Shown here piece by piece: positions 31,950 through 32,000 of a stretch of 32,000 bases of DNA (within the stretch, counting starts at the first letter, position 1; the number at the start of each line of letters is the position of its first letter). This DNA is from an uncultured Rhodospirillaceae bacterium (GTDB lineage Bacteria > Pseudomonadota > Alphaproteobacteria > TMED109): NCBI GenBank assembly GCA_964442655.1, contig CAYTZM010000005.1:42374-74373 (forward strand). The letters are read 5' to 3'. A model generated the notes under the pieces. It saw only the letters and a list, made by a program, of their open reading frames with translations, was not told where the DNA came from and made no database searches. The position numbers were made by a program, and so were the translations under genes.

Positions 31950-32000
31950 TTATTTTTTCTCTTCTTTTGCTTCATTCTCTGAAGTTTCTTCCTTAGGAAC
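31950..32000 (-). CDS. rplJ: 50S ribosomal protein L10, 3' end only (last 16 codons plus stop)
   Basis: The minus-strand frame is open to the window edge and reads VPKEETSENEAKEEKK*. The call rests mainly on the conserved rplJ-rplL-rpoB-rpoC synteny and the 35-nt gap to rplL. The visible tail itself is not diagnostic. Confidence 0.55.
   Translation of the reverse strand, partial: VPKEETSENEAKEEKK

Noticed and set aside
1-32000. Defence systems, toxin-antitoxin pairs, prophage or IS elements, tRNA/rRNA genes, and compositional islands.
   Set aside because: Every ORF longer than 60 aa on the coding strand is accounted for by a conserved housekeeping family. Spacers are too short to hide genes. 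No inverted-repeat termini or integrase/transposase-like sequences were seen. Base composition looks uniform apart from two ~40-nt promoter islands and the Ala-rich rplL hinge.

Overview
This window is strongly AT-rich (about 30% G+C by eye, not computed). It is tightly packed, and every supportable gene lies on the minus strand. It holds the core transcription/translation 'super-operon' of an alphaproteobacterium-like genome. In transcription order (right to left) the genes are: rplJ (3' tail only), rplL, rpoB, rpoC, rpsL, rpsG, fusA, then the S10 cluster (rpsJ-rplC-rplD-rplW-rplB-rpsS-rplV-rpsC-rplP-rpmC-rpsQ), the spc cluster (rplN-rplX-rplE-rpsN-rpsH-rplF-rplR-rpsE-rpmD-rplO-secY-adk) and the alpha cluster (rpsM-rpsK-rpoA-rplQ). 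Five co-directional non-ribosomal genes follow: crcB, an RluA-family pseudouridine synthase, an ATP12-family chaperone homologue, pccB, and a pccA truncated by the window edge. Having adk after secY, no rpmJ/infA/rpsD in the cluster, an ATP12 homologue, tiny spacers and extreme AT bias fits a streamlined marine alphaproteobacterium (SAR11-like), but that placement is inference only. I see no mobile elements, CRISPR arrays, tRNA/rRNA genes, or defence or toxin modules, so this is mostly ordinary core genome. Five things deserve a second look. (1) RpoB carries an in-frame insertion of about 72-75 aa at a site where E. coli beta has only Ser-Glu-Asp, and its sequence pattern resembles a bacterial SH3 domain. 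(2) L3 has a C-terminal tail built from a 30-bp (decapeptide [10 protein letters not shown]) tandem repeat. (3) The same EEAPKQE module, 22 nt identical, sits at the C-terminus of L22, and L5 has a related 63-aa K/E/T tail. (4) fusA abuts rpsJ with no tuf gene between them. (5) Two near-consensus sigma70-type promoters with GC-rich discriminators sit in the only GC-rich noncoding islands. All plus-strand ORFs in the track look like antisense shadow ORFs.
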